The notes under the pieces: model-generated
What the model saw: only the letters and a program-made list of their open reading frames with translations
Told to the model about the DNA's origin: nothing
Database searches by the model: none
Shown here: piece by piece, positions 1 through 26,700 of the stretch
How positions within the stretch are numbered: position 1 is the first letter of the stretch
How the letters are laid out: every line of letters begins with the position of its first letter
Program-made: the position numbers and the translations under genes
Source of the DNA: Paragordius varius
Lineage: Eukaryota > Animalia > Nematomorpha
DNA: 64,000 bases
Reading direction: 5' to 3'
NCBI GenBank assembly: GCA_964247055.1
Contig: OZ176054.1
Span: 11,036,001 to 11,100,000 of the forward strand

Positions 1-923
1 AATACACCTAAAATGTTTCGAAAATTTTTAGTATAACCAAATTAATCAAACTTGGTCTTATATTTCTTTAAAAATCTATGGTTTTCATTAAAATTAAAAA
101 TAAATTTTTTAGTAAAGAAAAATTTTTCATTTTTCTAATGTAGGAAGTTATGTTTGATTTGGAGGAGAGTAAGTATCAAAATGCCGAGCTACGTGTTTCA
201 ATATACGGGATTATTTTTTTAATTAAAATTGGGTATACATCAATATACCTAAAATGTTTCGAAAATTTTCGGTATAACCAAAATATATATTAATCAAACT
301 TTGTCTGATAATTCTTTAAAAATCTATTAAACTAAAAACAATTTTTTAGTAAAAAAAATTTTTCATTTTTCTATCGTAGGAAGTTATGTTTGATTTGGAG
401 GAGATTAAATATCAAAATGCCGAATTACGTGTTTCAATATACGGGATTATTTTTTTAATTAAAATTGGGTATACATCAATATACCTAAAATGTTTCGAAA
501 AATTTTAGTATAACCAAATTAATCAAACTTGGTCTGATATTTCTTTAAAATTCTATGGTTTTCATTAAACTAAAAATAAACAATTTTAGTAAAAAGAATT
601 TTCATTTTTCTAACGTAGGAAGTTATGTTTGATTTGGAGGAAAGTAAGTATCAAAATGCCGAGTTACGTGTTTCAATATACGGGATTATTTTTTTAATTA
701 AAATTGGGTATACATCAATATACCTAAAATGTTTCGAAAAATTTTAGTATAACCAAATTAATCAAACTTGGTCTGATATTTCTTTAAAATTCTATGGTTT
801 TCATTAAACTAAAAATAAACAATTTTAGTAAAAAAAATTGTTTTAATTTCTAACGTAGGAAGTTATGTTTGATTTGGAGGAAAGTAAGTATCAAAATGCC
901 GAGTTACGTGTTTCAATATACGG
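1..923. repeat. Tandem array of ~238-bp units (about 4 copies, open at the left edge)
   Basis: Unit start aata(c/t)acctaaaatgtttcgaaaa recurs at 1, 242, 478 and 717. Each unit carries gttatgtttgatttggagg and gtgtttcaatatacgg. The array stops at 923. Confidence 0.9.
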
Positions 924-1787
924 AAGCGATATAGCCGAATGGGATAAGTTAGCAAAATGGGCAATTACATATCGCGTGGCAAGTCCGAATGTGAGATTCC
1001 TCATACAAATCCCAAGGCTTTAGTAAAATTTCATCATTTTGTTTCGTTTCGTTTCCTATTATTTAACTATTTGGCAGCCAGTTGTGGTAAAATTAAAAAT
1101 ATAGTGTTAGTATGCACATATTACAGTTATGTATGTTTAGAATTGTCAGATATAATACGTTTTAAATTGATTTTACTTTGTTTTTAATTGTTTACAATAA
1201 ATAAGCTATTATTATTTTTAAGGCTTAAAAATACGCATGTTGAAAGTTGACATATCAAACATTAAAACAATTATAAACAAATTATAATCATTTAAAAACG
1301 AATTTCTGTCAATTCTACATATACATGACTGTAATGTTAGCCCACATTGGCCACACAGTAATATGTTGATTCAAGCAGCAATTTTTTCCTATCTACCACC
1401 AACCTTAATTTGTTTATTTAATTTTGGAGGAAATTTGTTTAATAACTAACACAAACTACTGTAATACCAATTAGCCAACAATAATGTCAATTGGTTAGCA
1501 TAATGTGCATACTGTATAAAAATAAACCATACAAAAGTTAAAAGTTTTATTGAAAAATCCTATCTCTACATTTTATTCCATATCTAAACCTATATAATAC
1601 ATTTGCAAAATATATATCTTGAGTTACCTAAACATCTCTGTTCCGTATTTCATAACCCCAAAATTATAGATTACATTTAAAAACAAGTGTAAGGTTAATT
1701 AATTTTGTTTTTTTTTCAATTCAAAATTGATATTCCATTTTTAATTTTTTTCATAAAATAATATACCGTAAAAATATGTATTCCATC

Positions 1788-2800
1788 TAGGGTTGTGCTG
1801 ACCATGTCATGACCCGGTCTATTGACCAGGTCATGACATGGTCAGTGACTATTTATTTTTTGAACATGGTCATTAAAAACAGCTTTTTGAAATTTGCTGG
1901 TAAAATTTTTTTGGAAGAGAGATAGTAAGATTTTATTGTTTTTTATATTTTTTAAAAATAAATTAAATATTTAAATATGCTATTTAAAATATAAAATTAA
2001 TGAATATGCATCCTTATAACATTAGCATTTAAGCATATACAGTTATTTCGAATAACAAAACAATCAGTACTTTGCAAATGCAATTATTTCATATATGTGA
2101 ACCAATAAATGAATAAACATTTTATCATTGGATTTTCAATGATGAAAGAAAGTGTAAAACAAACTAGATAGAATTTTATTTGAAAAATCCAGTATTAAAA
2201 GCTATACATTTGAAAATTCAGAAAGCTACAAAGATGTGGCAAAATTTATTTGAAAACAAAATTCTTTCTTGATTAAATTTGATTGAAAATATTTGTAAAA
2301 AATAAATTAAAATGTATTAAATACCAACTTTTAAGAAAAAACATTTTAGTGAGACGCAAGTGTCGTTCGAACATTATTTTCACAATCCGTGACCGGATTT
2401 TTTTAAAAAAGCAGTCAAATGCACAATCCTAATTCCATCATTTTTTCTTTGATATATGCACTCGAATGGCTTTTTAGCCATCTTAATAAACAACCTATTT
2501 TATATTAATTTTTTTTATCATATTACACTGGACAACAAATTTTTCTGCCATTCGAGTTTTTTGAATTTTCTGATATTTAGTATCATTTTAACAGTAAAAC
2601 TGAAATAAAAATTATAACTCGTTGGAAGAATTTTGTATAATTTGATTTTTTTGATTATGCGCCCTCTTTATCAAAATTTTACTAAAAAATATTTTTCTTT
2701 GAAAATATACAAGTAATGCCCATTTGTAATATATCATTCGAAAGAGTAATAAAAACTCTATAAAATGCATACTAATATGTATCACATCGACAGTTAATAT
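1788..2800 (+). mobile_element. Possible decayed hAT-type DNA transposon relic
   Basis: Starts TAGGGTTG (hAT-like terminus) directly before the palindrome. A stop-interrupted frame at ~2580-2760 reads VMPICNISFERVIKTL, loosely like the hAT dimerization motif. No second TIR or TSD found. Confidence 0.25.
1799..1844. repeat. 46-bp near-perfect palindrome
   Basis: tgaccatgtcatgacc-c-ggtc-tatt-gacc-a-ggtcatgacatggtca: 16-bp perfect outer arms plus a 4-bp inner stem. Confidence 0.9.
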
Positions 2801-4068
2801 TGGACACAAAGAGCGACAAACGCGCGAAGCGAGAGCAATTTTTTTAATTATTATATTTTTAAAACTAATGGATGAAAATGGCTCAAACTTTGTTTAGATG
2901 GGGATGAATGTGCAAAAAAGATAACACAAGAAAGTTTTTTTGATTAAAACATTTTTTTATTGCTTTTATGTCACTCAAAACAGCTATTTTTAAGTTTTTT
3001 GTTTTTTAAAAATTACCATCTCATCAATATTAATTTATTTTCTTTAGGCTGATAATTTCAAAATTTTAAAGATAAAAAACAAAGTTTAAAGTATTTTTGA
3101 TCTTTTATAGCCATTATGTAATAAATTTACAGTTATAACTATGCATTTTAGCATCCACTAGGTAAAATATTTATGATAATAATAAATTTTATTAAAAAAG
3201 CAAACCAAAAGCTTTTCTAAACATTTTTTTTAAAATTAAATACTAATATAACCCTAATAATTTTATTAAAATAATTATATGATTTTCAAATTAGTTTGTC
3301 TGTGAAAATTCCTGACTTATTTAAGGATTCAAAATTTCGACCATTTAAATCCAAATAACTTTTACACCAGATTGATTTAAATGACTTACTACCATTTAAA
3401 AGATGCAGTTTTTTGCGCTCTTTCGAATGATATAAAATACATGGCTTCATATTTATAACTTTTAATTTTCCAAATTTCGAGTTTAATGTTAAATCGGGGC
3501 CAAAAATTATCAATAAACTCTAATATAAAAAAATTCTTTCATGCTAGACCAATTTTCTTTTCAGATATACTAATTATGTACTTTAATGAAATAAATTTTA
3601 TTACAAGAATGGCAGTTAAAAAAAGTTTAAATTTGTTGTCTAGTGTTATATATGATTACAATAAGATGTTATCCCTTATTTTAAAACAACCTGAAACAAT
3701 AATTTATTTATAAAAAAATAACAAGCTTTAATATATGGTCGTCTTTATAACAAAATCAATGGTTTATTAGTTTATCCGTCTTGTTTTTTGAGTCATATTT
3801 TATTTTATAAATAAAGGTGTTGCAAATTTACATTTCTATTCCTTATTTTGAACGCAAAAAATAGGTTATCTCATAATAAGAATCAAATTTAAAAATTAAA
3901 ATTGTCCTTTAAAAAATATTAACCATTTAGTTTCTGTCTATACAAATTCAATTTTAACTGTATTAAATGAGTAACCAATCTACAATTATATTCCAAACTA
4001 TGCATCCTAAAACAATATAATTATTTTTGTTACCAAAATATAATTAATCTTTTCGTTTTTACGCGTCT

Positions 4069-17001
<12,933 letters not shown>

Positions 17002-17101
17002 GTGCGTTTGGCAAAAAATTTAAATTAAATGAAATTATGAAATAAAAACTGTGTGTGTGTATTGCTACAATCGAGGTCGACTTTTTACAATAATGTAAAA
17101 A

Positions 17102-17262
17102 CTTCTCCATTGTCCATCCGCACCAAAATCCTATGGCCACATTATGGGATCTAACTCTCTGAAAAACTCTTGGATGTTTACATGTAAAACGGGCCGAAGA
17201 AGGATAAGGTGGATGGACAATATTCTACAAGAAACCAATGCAACCCTGACAGACAACATTAA
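17102..17262 (+). mobile_element. 3' fragment of an RTE-clade LINE ORF2
   Basis: Translates PKSYGHIMGSNSLKNSWMFTCKTGRRRIRWMDNILQETN, matching the RTE C-terminal pattern YFGHIMR..SLEK..MLG...G.R.RGR...RWMD.I. Confidence 0.6.
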
Positions 17263-17727
17263 CACTTGAATACAACTTTAAAAATTATGGAAGGAATCGG
17301 AACCATGGCAAAATTTTGCACTTATATAACATTAATAAACCGAAATATACAAAAAGTTCTATTTAAAAATACTTGATATTACTTATTTTAAGCTAAAACC
17401 GAAGGTAAAAATTTAGTGAACGTGACAAGTGTGCAATGGTAAAATGCACAAAGATAAACCGCTTTTTCTATTATTAATGTTAGATATAATTCAAATAAAA
17501 AACTAGATCTAATTTTATTCTTAAAATTAAATGAAGCCGATAGTTTGCAAAAATTTTGTTAAATAATCATGGAGTCGAAGTATACATGGAACTTTTTTTT
17601 CGGCTTATTTATATAATTATTAGGATGGAAGCATAAATTATTGGGACCGTTTCCTTTAATAGTTTTTTGAAAATCCTAACTCAAATTCAGTCTGGGCTAT
17701 TTAGATACCCCAATTTGAATCAAAGTG
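17263..17727 (-). mobile_element. piggyBac-like MITE family C, inverted copy
   Basis: TTAA-cacttgaatacaac at 17259 (right end) and ataccccaatttgaatcaaagtg at ~17705-17727 (left end). The interior is the reverse complement of 17867-18442 with a deletion. Confidence 0.7.
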
Positions 17728-17866
17728 ATAACACTTTTTAGCTTATAAAAATTGTTTGAAAAAATATTTTAAGACATGTAAACTCGTATATAATTTGCAT
17801 ATTCTTTAATTTAAATCTAGCATGGTAAAATAAGATTAATAATTAACAGATATTTTCACTTATTAA

Positions 17867-18442
17867 CACTTCGATTCAAATTGGGGTATCTAAATACCCC
17901 AGACTAAATTTAAATTAAAATTTTTAAAAAACTACTGATGGAAACGGTCCCAATTTAAATTCTTCTAACTTGATAAATATTATATAAATATGCCAAAATA
18001 TCTTGATAAAATTTTGTTTTGAAAAAAAGTTCCATCTCAAACTACTTGAACGCCATTTTTATTTTACAAAAATTTTGTAAAATATCGTCTTCATTTAATT
18101 TTAAGGGTAAAACTAAAGCTTATTTTTTATATAAATTACATCTAACATTGATAGAAACAGAAAAAGCCGTTTATTTTGTATTATTTTTTTATTTTACAAT
18201 TTGACACATGTCACGTTGACTAAATTTTACCTTTCAGTTTTAGCTCAAAACAAATAATATCATGTATTTTTGAATAAAATTTTTTATATATTTCGGTTTA
18301 TTAATGTTATATAAGTGCAAAATTTTGCCATGGTTTGGATTACTTCCATACTTTTTAAAATATTTGATTTTAAACAGGCCTGGGGTATCCAACTACCCCA
18401 ATTTAAATCGAAGGACTAAAATGAGTGGGTTGTATCCAAGTG
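17867..18442 (+). mobile_element. piggyBac-like MITE family C (complete, TTAA TSD)
   Basis: TTAA at 17863-66 and 18443-46; CACTT termini; asymmetric internal repeat cttcgatt.aaattggggta...atacccc. Highly similar to 48333-48899. Confidence 0.85.
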
Positions 18443-19120
18443 TTAATACAGTGAAAGTTCAACTAAATTTTGTTAGAAAAAATAATTTATAACACCTAAA
18501 ATATTAATTATGCCTTCTTAGGCGCATTATTCGAAAAAATATTTTTTATAAAAAGTAAAAATACAATCCTCCTCTCGAACTTTTTGCCGCTAATTTCTAT
18601 ATATCATTTTACACTTCTTTACGTTTTAGTTAATTTTTTAAGGTCATTTTTATCCCAGAATTGTGCCTATAAAACACTGTTTTAAAAGTTGTTTTACTTC
18701 AATTTTATTTATCAAATAATGTTCTCACGAATTAGATAAACAAGCTTATATACATTTTGCAACTTCTAGTATCTAAAATTAGAACAATACCAAAACATGA
18801 TTAAAAAAAACAGCTGATATTAAAATAATTATCAAGTTTCTGCCAGTAAATGTATGAAAGCTTCATTATGTCAATTCTTTGCCTTTTTGAACCAATATAA
18901 ATTTTTTTGTCTGAGCGATTTAACACTATTACTTTTTGGGGTAGTTATATATACTCAGGCGATTGATTGAATATCTCATTAAGCCGAATTTAAAAATACC
19001 TGGGCGTTCTGTTTGGGCTGGCGGACACTAAAGAGAACCAACCTAGTTCCTCTTCTACTTCCGAAAAAACAAGCCTAATTTTGGTTCTTTATTCAGAATA
19101 GGTAATTACTACATGTTTAA

Positions 19121-19230
19121 CACTTGCATACAACACATTCATTTCAGTCATTCGATTCAAGTTGGGGTAGTTGGACACCCCAGGCCTGTTTAAAATTAAA
19201 TAATTATGAATTGAAACCATGGCAAAAATT
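19121..19230 (-). mobile_element. Truncated piggyBac-like MITE family C (right end only)
   Basis: TTAA-cacttgcatacaacacattcatttcagtcattcgattcaagttggggtagttggacacccc; cut off where the next element begins. Confidence 0.7.
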
Positions 19231-19799
19231 GGGTGGGGTGATAAAAAAGTCGCACCTTAATTGTTAGTCAAGCGTGGCAAGTTGAGCAAGTTTACTTAAG
19301 CCAATAAGTGTACACTTGAAGATCGGTGATAAAAAAAACACTTAAGTCAATACTTTTGAAATAATTAAGTTATATTATATAAACATCTTTCCATTATATT
19401 TGCAAATGGACTCCAAACAAAATATAGTGTGAAAGAAATGGAAAGTGTTTGAAGGGCGAACGGTTTCAACAATCTTAAAATTATTACCAAGCTCAATATT
19501 AATTTTTTTATATTTAATAAGATACTTGCCAGTGAGTTTGAAAAACGTCAATAAATGCATATTGTATTAATTGTTTATCTTTTTGTGCCTTGTTTCATAC
19601 ATTCTGGCTGAAAATGATCAAAATAATTTCTGTAAAATTCAAATCGCGTGGCAAAAAAATGTTACATTCATAAGCAAAAGACTTGACTTAAGTGTTTTTT
19701 ATCACCGATCTTCAAGTGTAAACTTGCTGGATTAAAAAAAATTGCTCAATTGCCACACTTGACTTACAAGTCAAGTGCGACTTTTTTATCACCCCACCC
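19231..19799. mobile_element. 569-bp MITE with ~125-bp TIRs (family D)
   Basis: gggtggggtgataaaaaagtcgcac...cttgaagatcggtgataaaaaa..cacttaagtcaa is mirrored at 19675-19799 (...gtgcgacttttttatcaccccaccc). No clear TSD. Confidence 0.85.
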
Positions 19800-20745
19800 T
19801 TCAGAATCGTGTAATTACATAGAAAAATTAGATAAAAACCTATTTATATCTATTCCACCATTTTAAATTTCATAAAACTTACCAAAAAAATTATATAAAT
19901 TAAATTTTAAGCAAAATATCGGTTTTTTCGGGAAAACTTTTTTGGATGCCTATTTTTATCATATATTCAAAATTTTAATCGCGCATTATCGGTATTTCTG
20001 CATGTTTAAAATAACCTGTCAAGTTTATAGGGGTTTAATAATTTGATTTTACCCATATCTAAAATGTAAAATATAAATAATTGTTTTTCTTTGTATGTAA
20101 AGTTTGTGATATCAATTAATGATAAATTAGGATAAACATTTTTTCACACCAAAAAATAATTTAGCAATGTGAGATTTTCCTATTTTCTAATATGTACATA
20201 ACACAAAAGTTCATCTCTCTTATATCCTTCGTAAGGCAAACCAAGCACTATGAAAATCCTGATAGATTTATCAACTATGTAACGTGCGTATAGTTATTTA
20301 CAACATCTTTTAATAATGTATTTTATTATTTAAGACTCTAGACCTTAAATTATATTCTTGCCATTAAACAATAAATATATTATTATATGTCCTTGCCGAT
20401 TTGTGATAGAATGAGGAAATTGTCAATTATGAAGAAACTGTTTTTCCCTAGTTTACTCATAGTTTTAACTCGTTTCTTACGATATCGGATTGAATTGTTG
20501 CGCATATAAATTTTTTTGACACCACATCTTCATTTTTTGACTACATATTGCACTTTTTCCCCCAGATTCCAAAGAATTATGGGATATAAGTTAGGGGTAA
20601 TTTAATAATAATTTTTTAATATTCTGTAAAAACATATTAAGAGTCTATCATTTTCAGCAAATAGTATGGAAGAACATTAGGATTTAATTTTAATCAGATG
20701 TAAACATTTTTGACTTAGCTCACATATTTTTATTTAAAATTTAAA

Positions 20746-23700
20746 ATGTCCTGGATAAATAATAATAAATTATTGTTGTTTAATCAAGAAAAGTTGAATA
20801 TCAAACAATTAAATAGGGTACAAACTGATAAGGAATATAAATTAATAAAAGAATTTGCAAGTATATTTGATTTTTCATAATATAAGGTATATATGCGAGT
20901 GGCAACAAGTAATTAGATTATATTATTTACAGCGATACTAACATTAAATATTGCGCAATTGCAATCTTTTTTACAAAATTTGGATTGTGGTGATTTTAAA
21001 GACATAACAACCCTAAAAACACTTTATTCCGAAATTTATTTTGTTTGGAATATGGTACATGTTCTCTATTTCACTGATGGTTTTTATATCCAAATAATTT
21101 TTTTTAGATAAAGAAATCAATGTTTTATTTAATGTTCTTAAATTGATTTCTTGTTCTTATATGGGATCGGCTCAATATATTTGCGATAATATGCACAATA
21201 ATTATATATTATTGGATAATGAAATGTGGGAATCGGTTTAAGCATATATTATAATATATTTAGATCCTTATATTAGCTTATCAAGGACAATTAGATATAA
21301 TATCTAATTTTTTTGCCCAAATTAATAGTGACTCCTCGATTTTAATAGAAAAAGCATGTATGCATTTGAAGTCTTGGCCTTTCTATGGGGTATGAATCAG
21401 TTTTATGAGCTTTTAACTCAAAAATTATTTAATTGTGAACATCTACAAAATTAATATTTCAAATATTATGTTTGGTTAAAAATTTATTTTTATATAATAC
21501 ATTTTTCTATTTGATAAAAAATTATTAAAAATGAAATAAAACCATCTTTAGGTTTTTTTTATGAATATTTTACCCTGTAACTTTAAATTTAAATATTATT
21601 TACAGTATATGGATGGCTTAATACATGATTATGAATTTAAAACTTGTTGTGATGTTTGGCGAAACGAAGGTCTGCAAATTCTTTCCGATTTAACCCGATA
21701 TCAAAAAGCTTCCCCCAATAATGCCGATTTATACAACAATCATATCGAACTATTAATTTGCGTTTTCAAAGTAATATACCATTTACAATCAAAATCACCC
21801 TTAAACAATTCAAATTTAGCCTTGAACAATTTAAATTCACCCTAAAAATATATTATGTATTTTCGAGATAATATAACTCATTATTAATATGAAATATATC
21901 TTTATGGCTTAGTTTATTTATTTTCAGTATAATTTTAATTTCAAACAAAATTTCATTTTTTAAATAAATAAAATGATATGGTATTTTTATTTCTTAAAAA
22001 ACACATAATTTATTTTAGGGTAATTTGAATTGTTTTAGGGTTAATATAAATGTAAAGGTTATATATTAAAATTTTTTTATAAAAGTAATCCTCCCCTGTC
22101 ATAATAAATTTGCTAACAGCATTTTTAAACTAATTAATTCCTATTTTTAAATATGGCCCTAATTTTAAAATTATATAATCGTTTATAAGTTTTTGTTATC
22201 CTACAAATTAACTAGTTTGTAAAAAAAATTTAGCCTTATGATGAGTTAACTAATAAAAGTTGATAATTAACATTTGTTTTTTTTTATTTTTTTAAATTTT
22301 AAACCTTAATATAAATTTGTTTGAGACAAAATGATTATTTTTTATATATTTTTAATCGAGATAGATACATATAATGACCATATTTTTAAAGGTGTTTCAT
22401 TCGGGGGGTATTGATTTTAAATATAATTTTTTGGTTTGCATAGATTATTACAGGAAATGAAGCCTGCTTTAATCCATCAACTTTCACCATTAGTATGCCA
22501 GAAAGCGTTAACTCTGTCTTAAATAACGAATCAAGTATAAACTTAAAATTTTATAATTTTAAAGGTTAATAAAGGGCTAATATTATTCATGTATAAAGGA
22601 AATTATATTTCAATCTGTTATTTTATTTAAATAGATAACTATATAATTTCAATTGTGAATTATATATAAATGAATATATTACCAATTTATACCTCTATTA
22701 TTTCGCAATCCAGAGGAATATGGGATATATATCAAAAATATTAAGTTTTAAAAATATTAGTATCTTTAAATTTTTATATTGTGCCTTTATAAATTTATTT
22801 TTAATTCCAAAATCCAGGCAATAAAGAAAAAGATACTAAGAAAAGCGATAACTTAACATTGCCGGCCTTTTCAATTTTTTTGGCCCAAATGGTGTATCAA
22901 ATGTCATCTCAACTAAATGATCTCAAAACAAATTTACCAATTTACGTCAAAGTAAATTTTAAGCTTTCATAAATTTTTGATAGATTTTAGGTTTTTAACT
23001 GGGCTTGGATTTTAACAAGAACCGGTTCCACCTCCTTAATTACTGGTTCTCATATGATTTTTATTATAAAAATTTTATTTTATCATTTAAATTTAATTGT
23101 ACCACTACATATTACATACCTCAAATTTTAAACCCAAAACTAAGCCCGCCCCTAATATTATATTAGCGACATTCTCTGAATTTTGAGCGATTCGGCTGTT
23201 CTAAAAAAACTTATAGTCTTATCTCAAGTTTATTTATAATACATATATTCGTATATATAGGTCTCCGTTGAAAGGGGTATTTTACCCTGAATTTTCTGTT
23301 TTCAGACCTGAGAAGCAGTTTGACCAGCAAATTGCTCGAGGCAAATAAATTTTAAAGTTAAATAAAGATTTTTTTTAGTTGCCATACTTAATTTAACATA
23401 TATATATATATATACCATTTACAGTTCAAATTCACCCTTAAACAATTCAAATTCACCCTTGAACAATTCAAATTCACCCTTGAACAATTCAAATTCACTC
23501 TTGAACAATTCAAATTCACCCTTGAACAATTCAAATTCACCCTCGAACAATTCAAATTCACCCTCAAATAGATAATATGTTTTTTAAGATTAAAAATTAC
23601 CTATATTTTAATATATTTTTTAAAAAATAAAATTTTGTTTTAAATTAAAATAATACTAAAAAAATAATATATTATGCCATAAAGATATATTTTATACAAA

Positions 23701-26700
23701 TAATGAGTTATATTAGTTCGAAAACACATAATTTATTTTTAGGGTGAATTTGAATTGTTCGAGGGTGAATTTGAATTGTTCAAGGGTGAATTTGAATTGT
23801 TCGAGGGTGAATTTGAATTGTTCAAGGGTGAATTTGAACTGTAAATGGTATATATATATATATATATTAGTTGTTACATGCTATTTTTTTTTGATATTTA
23901 GAAATTTCAAACTTTATGGTATCCTGACCTGATGGATGAAAATCAAAATGATGATTTAGAGGCTATAATTTTTCAAACATTTTCTATGGACCCAGTCTCG
24001 CTTGTCGTTAAAATTTGGTAAAAATATTTTACTTAAAACCACCTATATTCGAAAATATTAATAATAGAAAGAAACATTAGATTATAAATTTTTATGCCAA
24101 ATCCATCCCTAAAATATAACCAAGAGGATTTATAGTTAATTATATCCAAAAAAACATTTTGAAATTTATTTTATATTTTTTGTGATAAATTTCAAACTAA
24201 GGTTGCGCAAAAATGTATGTAATCACTTTTATTTACTAATGCTTAATTCCCTTAAATCATTTACTATGTAACTAAATTATATATAGATATATACTGGTCA
24301 CATATATAAACAGTAAAAATTGAAATTATACGGACAAAATGTAACATATAAAGACAAATAATTTTTTTTTGAAAGAAAACCATACTTTTTTTAAATCTTA
24401 ATTTTTTTTCATATAATTGTAAAATATTTAATTGTTTGCTTTACCAACAATGATAAATCAATTTCATATTTTGCAATTTAAAACAATGAGTTATATTTAA
24501 TTAAAAAGTAAGTAAAAAGTATGGTGGTTGTCTTTTAGAAAAATATATTTGTCATTTTATTTTTATGTTTTGTCCGTATAATTTCAGTTTTTACTGTAAC
24601 TATTTAACCTTTTAACTTATTAAAAGTCGCAAAGTTTAAGGAATGTAGATAAAAATATTATTAAAATGAACACAAAAGTTATGAAAAAAACTCATTAAAT
24701 TAATAATTTTTAATTTGTAAATTTAGCTATCATTATACATCATTATACATTATTCAGTAATTCATATGATAATTGGATATTTCCAGTTCATTTATGTGAT
24801 CAATTCTATAAAAGTCCACTTTTTAAAGACTTGTTTTTGGATGCAATCAAACACTTGCGGAGTGAAAAAAAGTATTTGATATTTTTGTATTTAGGCAAAA
24901 AATATTATATTTTTACAAAAGAAACCATATTTTTAATCCCTATAAAATTAATTAAAATTCCATTATATTTTTCAAAAGACGCAAAAATATAATTTTATTT
25001 TTAATGTCATAAAATATTTTTTTGCATATACTCTTCCTATAAAACAGTAAACGAACAATTTGATCTCAAGGAATTTATTGTTTGTGAATACATCTCAAGT
25101 ATGAGTGATAATTACAGGTAATGTAGTTTAAATTTATAATTTAATAAATTTTGTTTTATAATCAATTAAAGTTTCTTTACTGCATTATAATTAATTATCT
25201 TGTTTCTTATACTAATTACCACCATTCTATATATTAGAATCTTAGTTTTTTTAGATTTAACCATTCAAAGTTCATGTACTATTTTATATGATATTTATTG
25301 TAAAAACCCAAATAAAAAATCGATATTTATCATTTATTTCAATAATTTAGTCATCATTTAAGGATTAATAATATATTTTCTCTTACATTGTCTTTGTAAG
25401 TTATGAATGATTACATAAATTAATTATTTTATAGTTTGCATGAAATTTGGTCAATTTACTTGGATACATGCCCGGTATTGGGAAAGTAATGATTAATTTT
25501 ATCTTGATATACTATTATAATTGGTTTAAAAATATAGCCTATAAAATAAAGAGGATTAATTTAAATAAAATTAAACAGATAACAATTTTTATTTAAAAAG
25601 AAATCTTATTAGTCCATACAGTATTTTACAATTAAATTTTTACTCAAAAGATAAAACTAATGTAGCTAAATTATTGATTTCCAAAATTGAAATATTTAAT
25701 ATATTTTACGCAATTTTATAAATAATAATTTTGTAATATTTATTATTATTTATATGTAGGCACTATTTAAACATATTTTACTCCCGTATACCCATATTGG
25801 ATCCTGAATATGGTCATTTAGCTATTCGAATATATCAAGCATGTCAAAAAAGAGGACTTATATATGGTTTATAATTTTTCTATCTTTTTTAATTTAAAAT
25901 TCAAAAATATCATTTTAATTTCTTAAAAAATATTTTCAAAATAATAATCTATCAATTTATATCAACGGAAATGTAATGTTTTATTATTAAGTAATTTGAC
26001 ATGTAAAAATTAATAATACAACAAGAATTTTTTTCTATCTTTCATTTTTAATGCTCTTAATAACTGATTAACCAAACATTTTTTTCGTTTATAGTTGAAA
26101 AACAAACGGCTATTTTATATACCATCTAAAATTTCACACATTTGACCATATTTAATTAATAAAAGTATTTCGAAATGGGTTTGTTCCAAAAATATTTTTG
26201 CGAATTTTAGGATTTATAATGTAATAATATTTTCTTAAAAACTACCATTTTAAATTAAAAAAAAAAGATTGTTGCCACAATTAGCATATTATTTAAAAAG
26301 GTTATACAACATATCACATATTTTCCACAAAATTATTTTATTTTATACCCAAAAAGCTGATACCCTATGCAAAATTATGGTTAATCAATTTTTGCGACAA
26401 AATCAATATGATATGGCGTTGGCATGGGCTTTTCGATCTAAACAATCAAAGTTATTGGTTGAAGAGATTTGTTTTAAGTATTTATTTTTATTTTTTTAAT
26501 TTATAACATTTAAATTTTTTTTATAATTACATTAAAATTGATATTATAAAAACATAACGTAACAATTGAACTATTTTTTTTGAAAAAAAACGGCAATATA
26601 TTTTTGAAACCTTGATTTTTTCATTAAAATTGAATTGATACATAAAAACGTAAAGGCAATTTTTTTAAATCACAACCATACATAACTTTTCAAACATTTA

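Noticed and set aside
924-1000. tRNA A-box-like TAGCCGAATGG after the tandem array
   Set aside because: No convincing B-box and no cloverleaf could be folded; no tRNA gene called.
957-3713. Short ORFs (65-76 aa) downstream of GART
   Set aside because: Low-complexity F/I/K/L/N-rich translations typical of AT-rich non-coding DNA; none encodes PurN motifs.
23260-23342. Candidate extra NUP85 exon ending in a GC donor (GC-AG intron)
   Set aside because: The flanking exons are both phase 0 and align to Nup85 better when joined directly; the GC site lacks a strong consensus.
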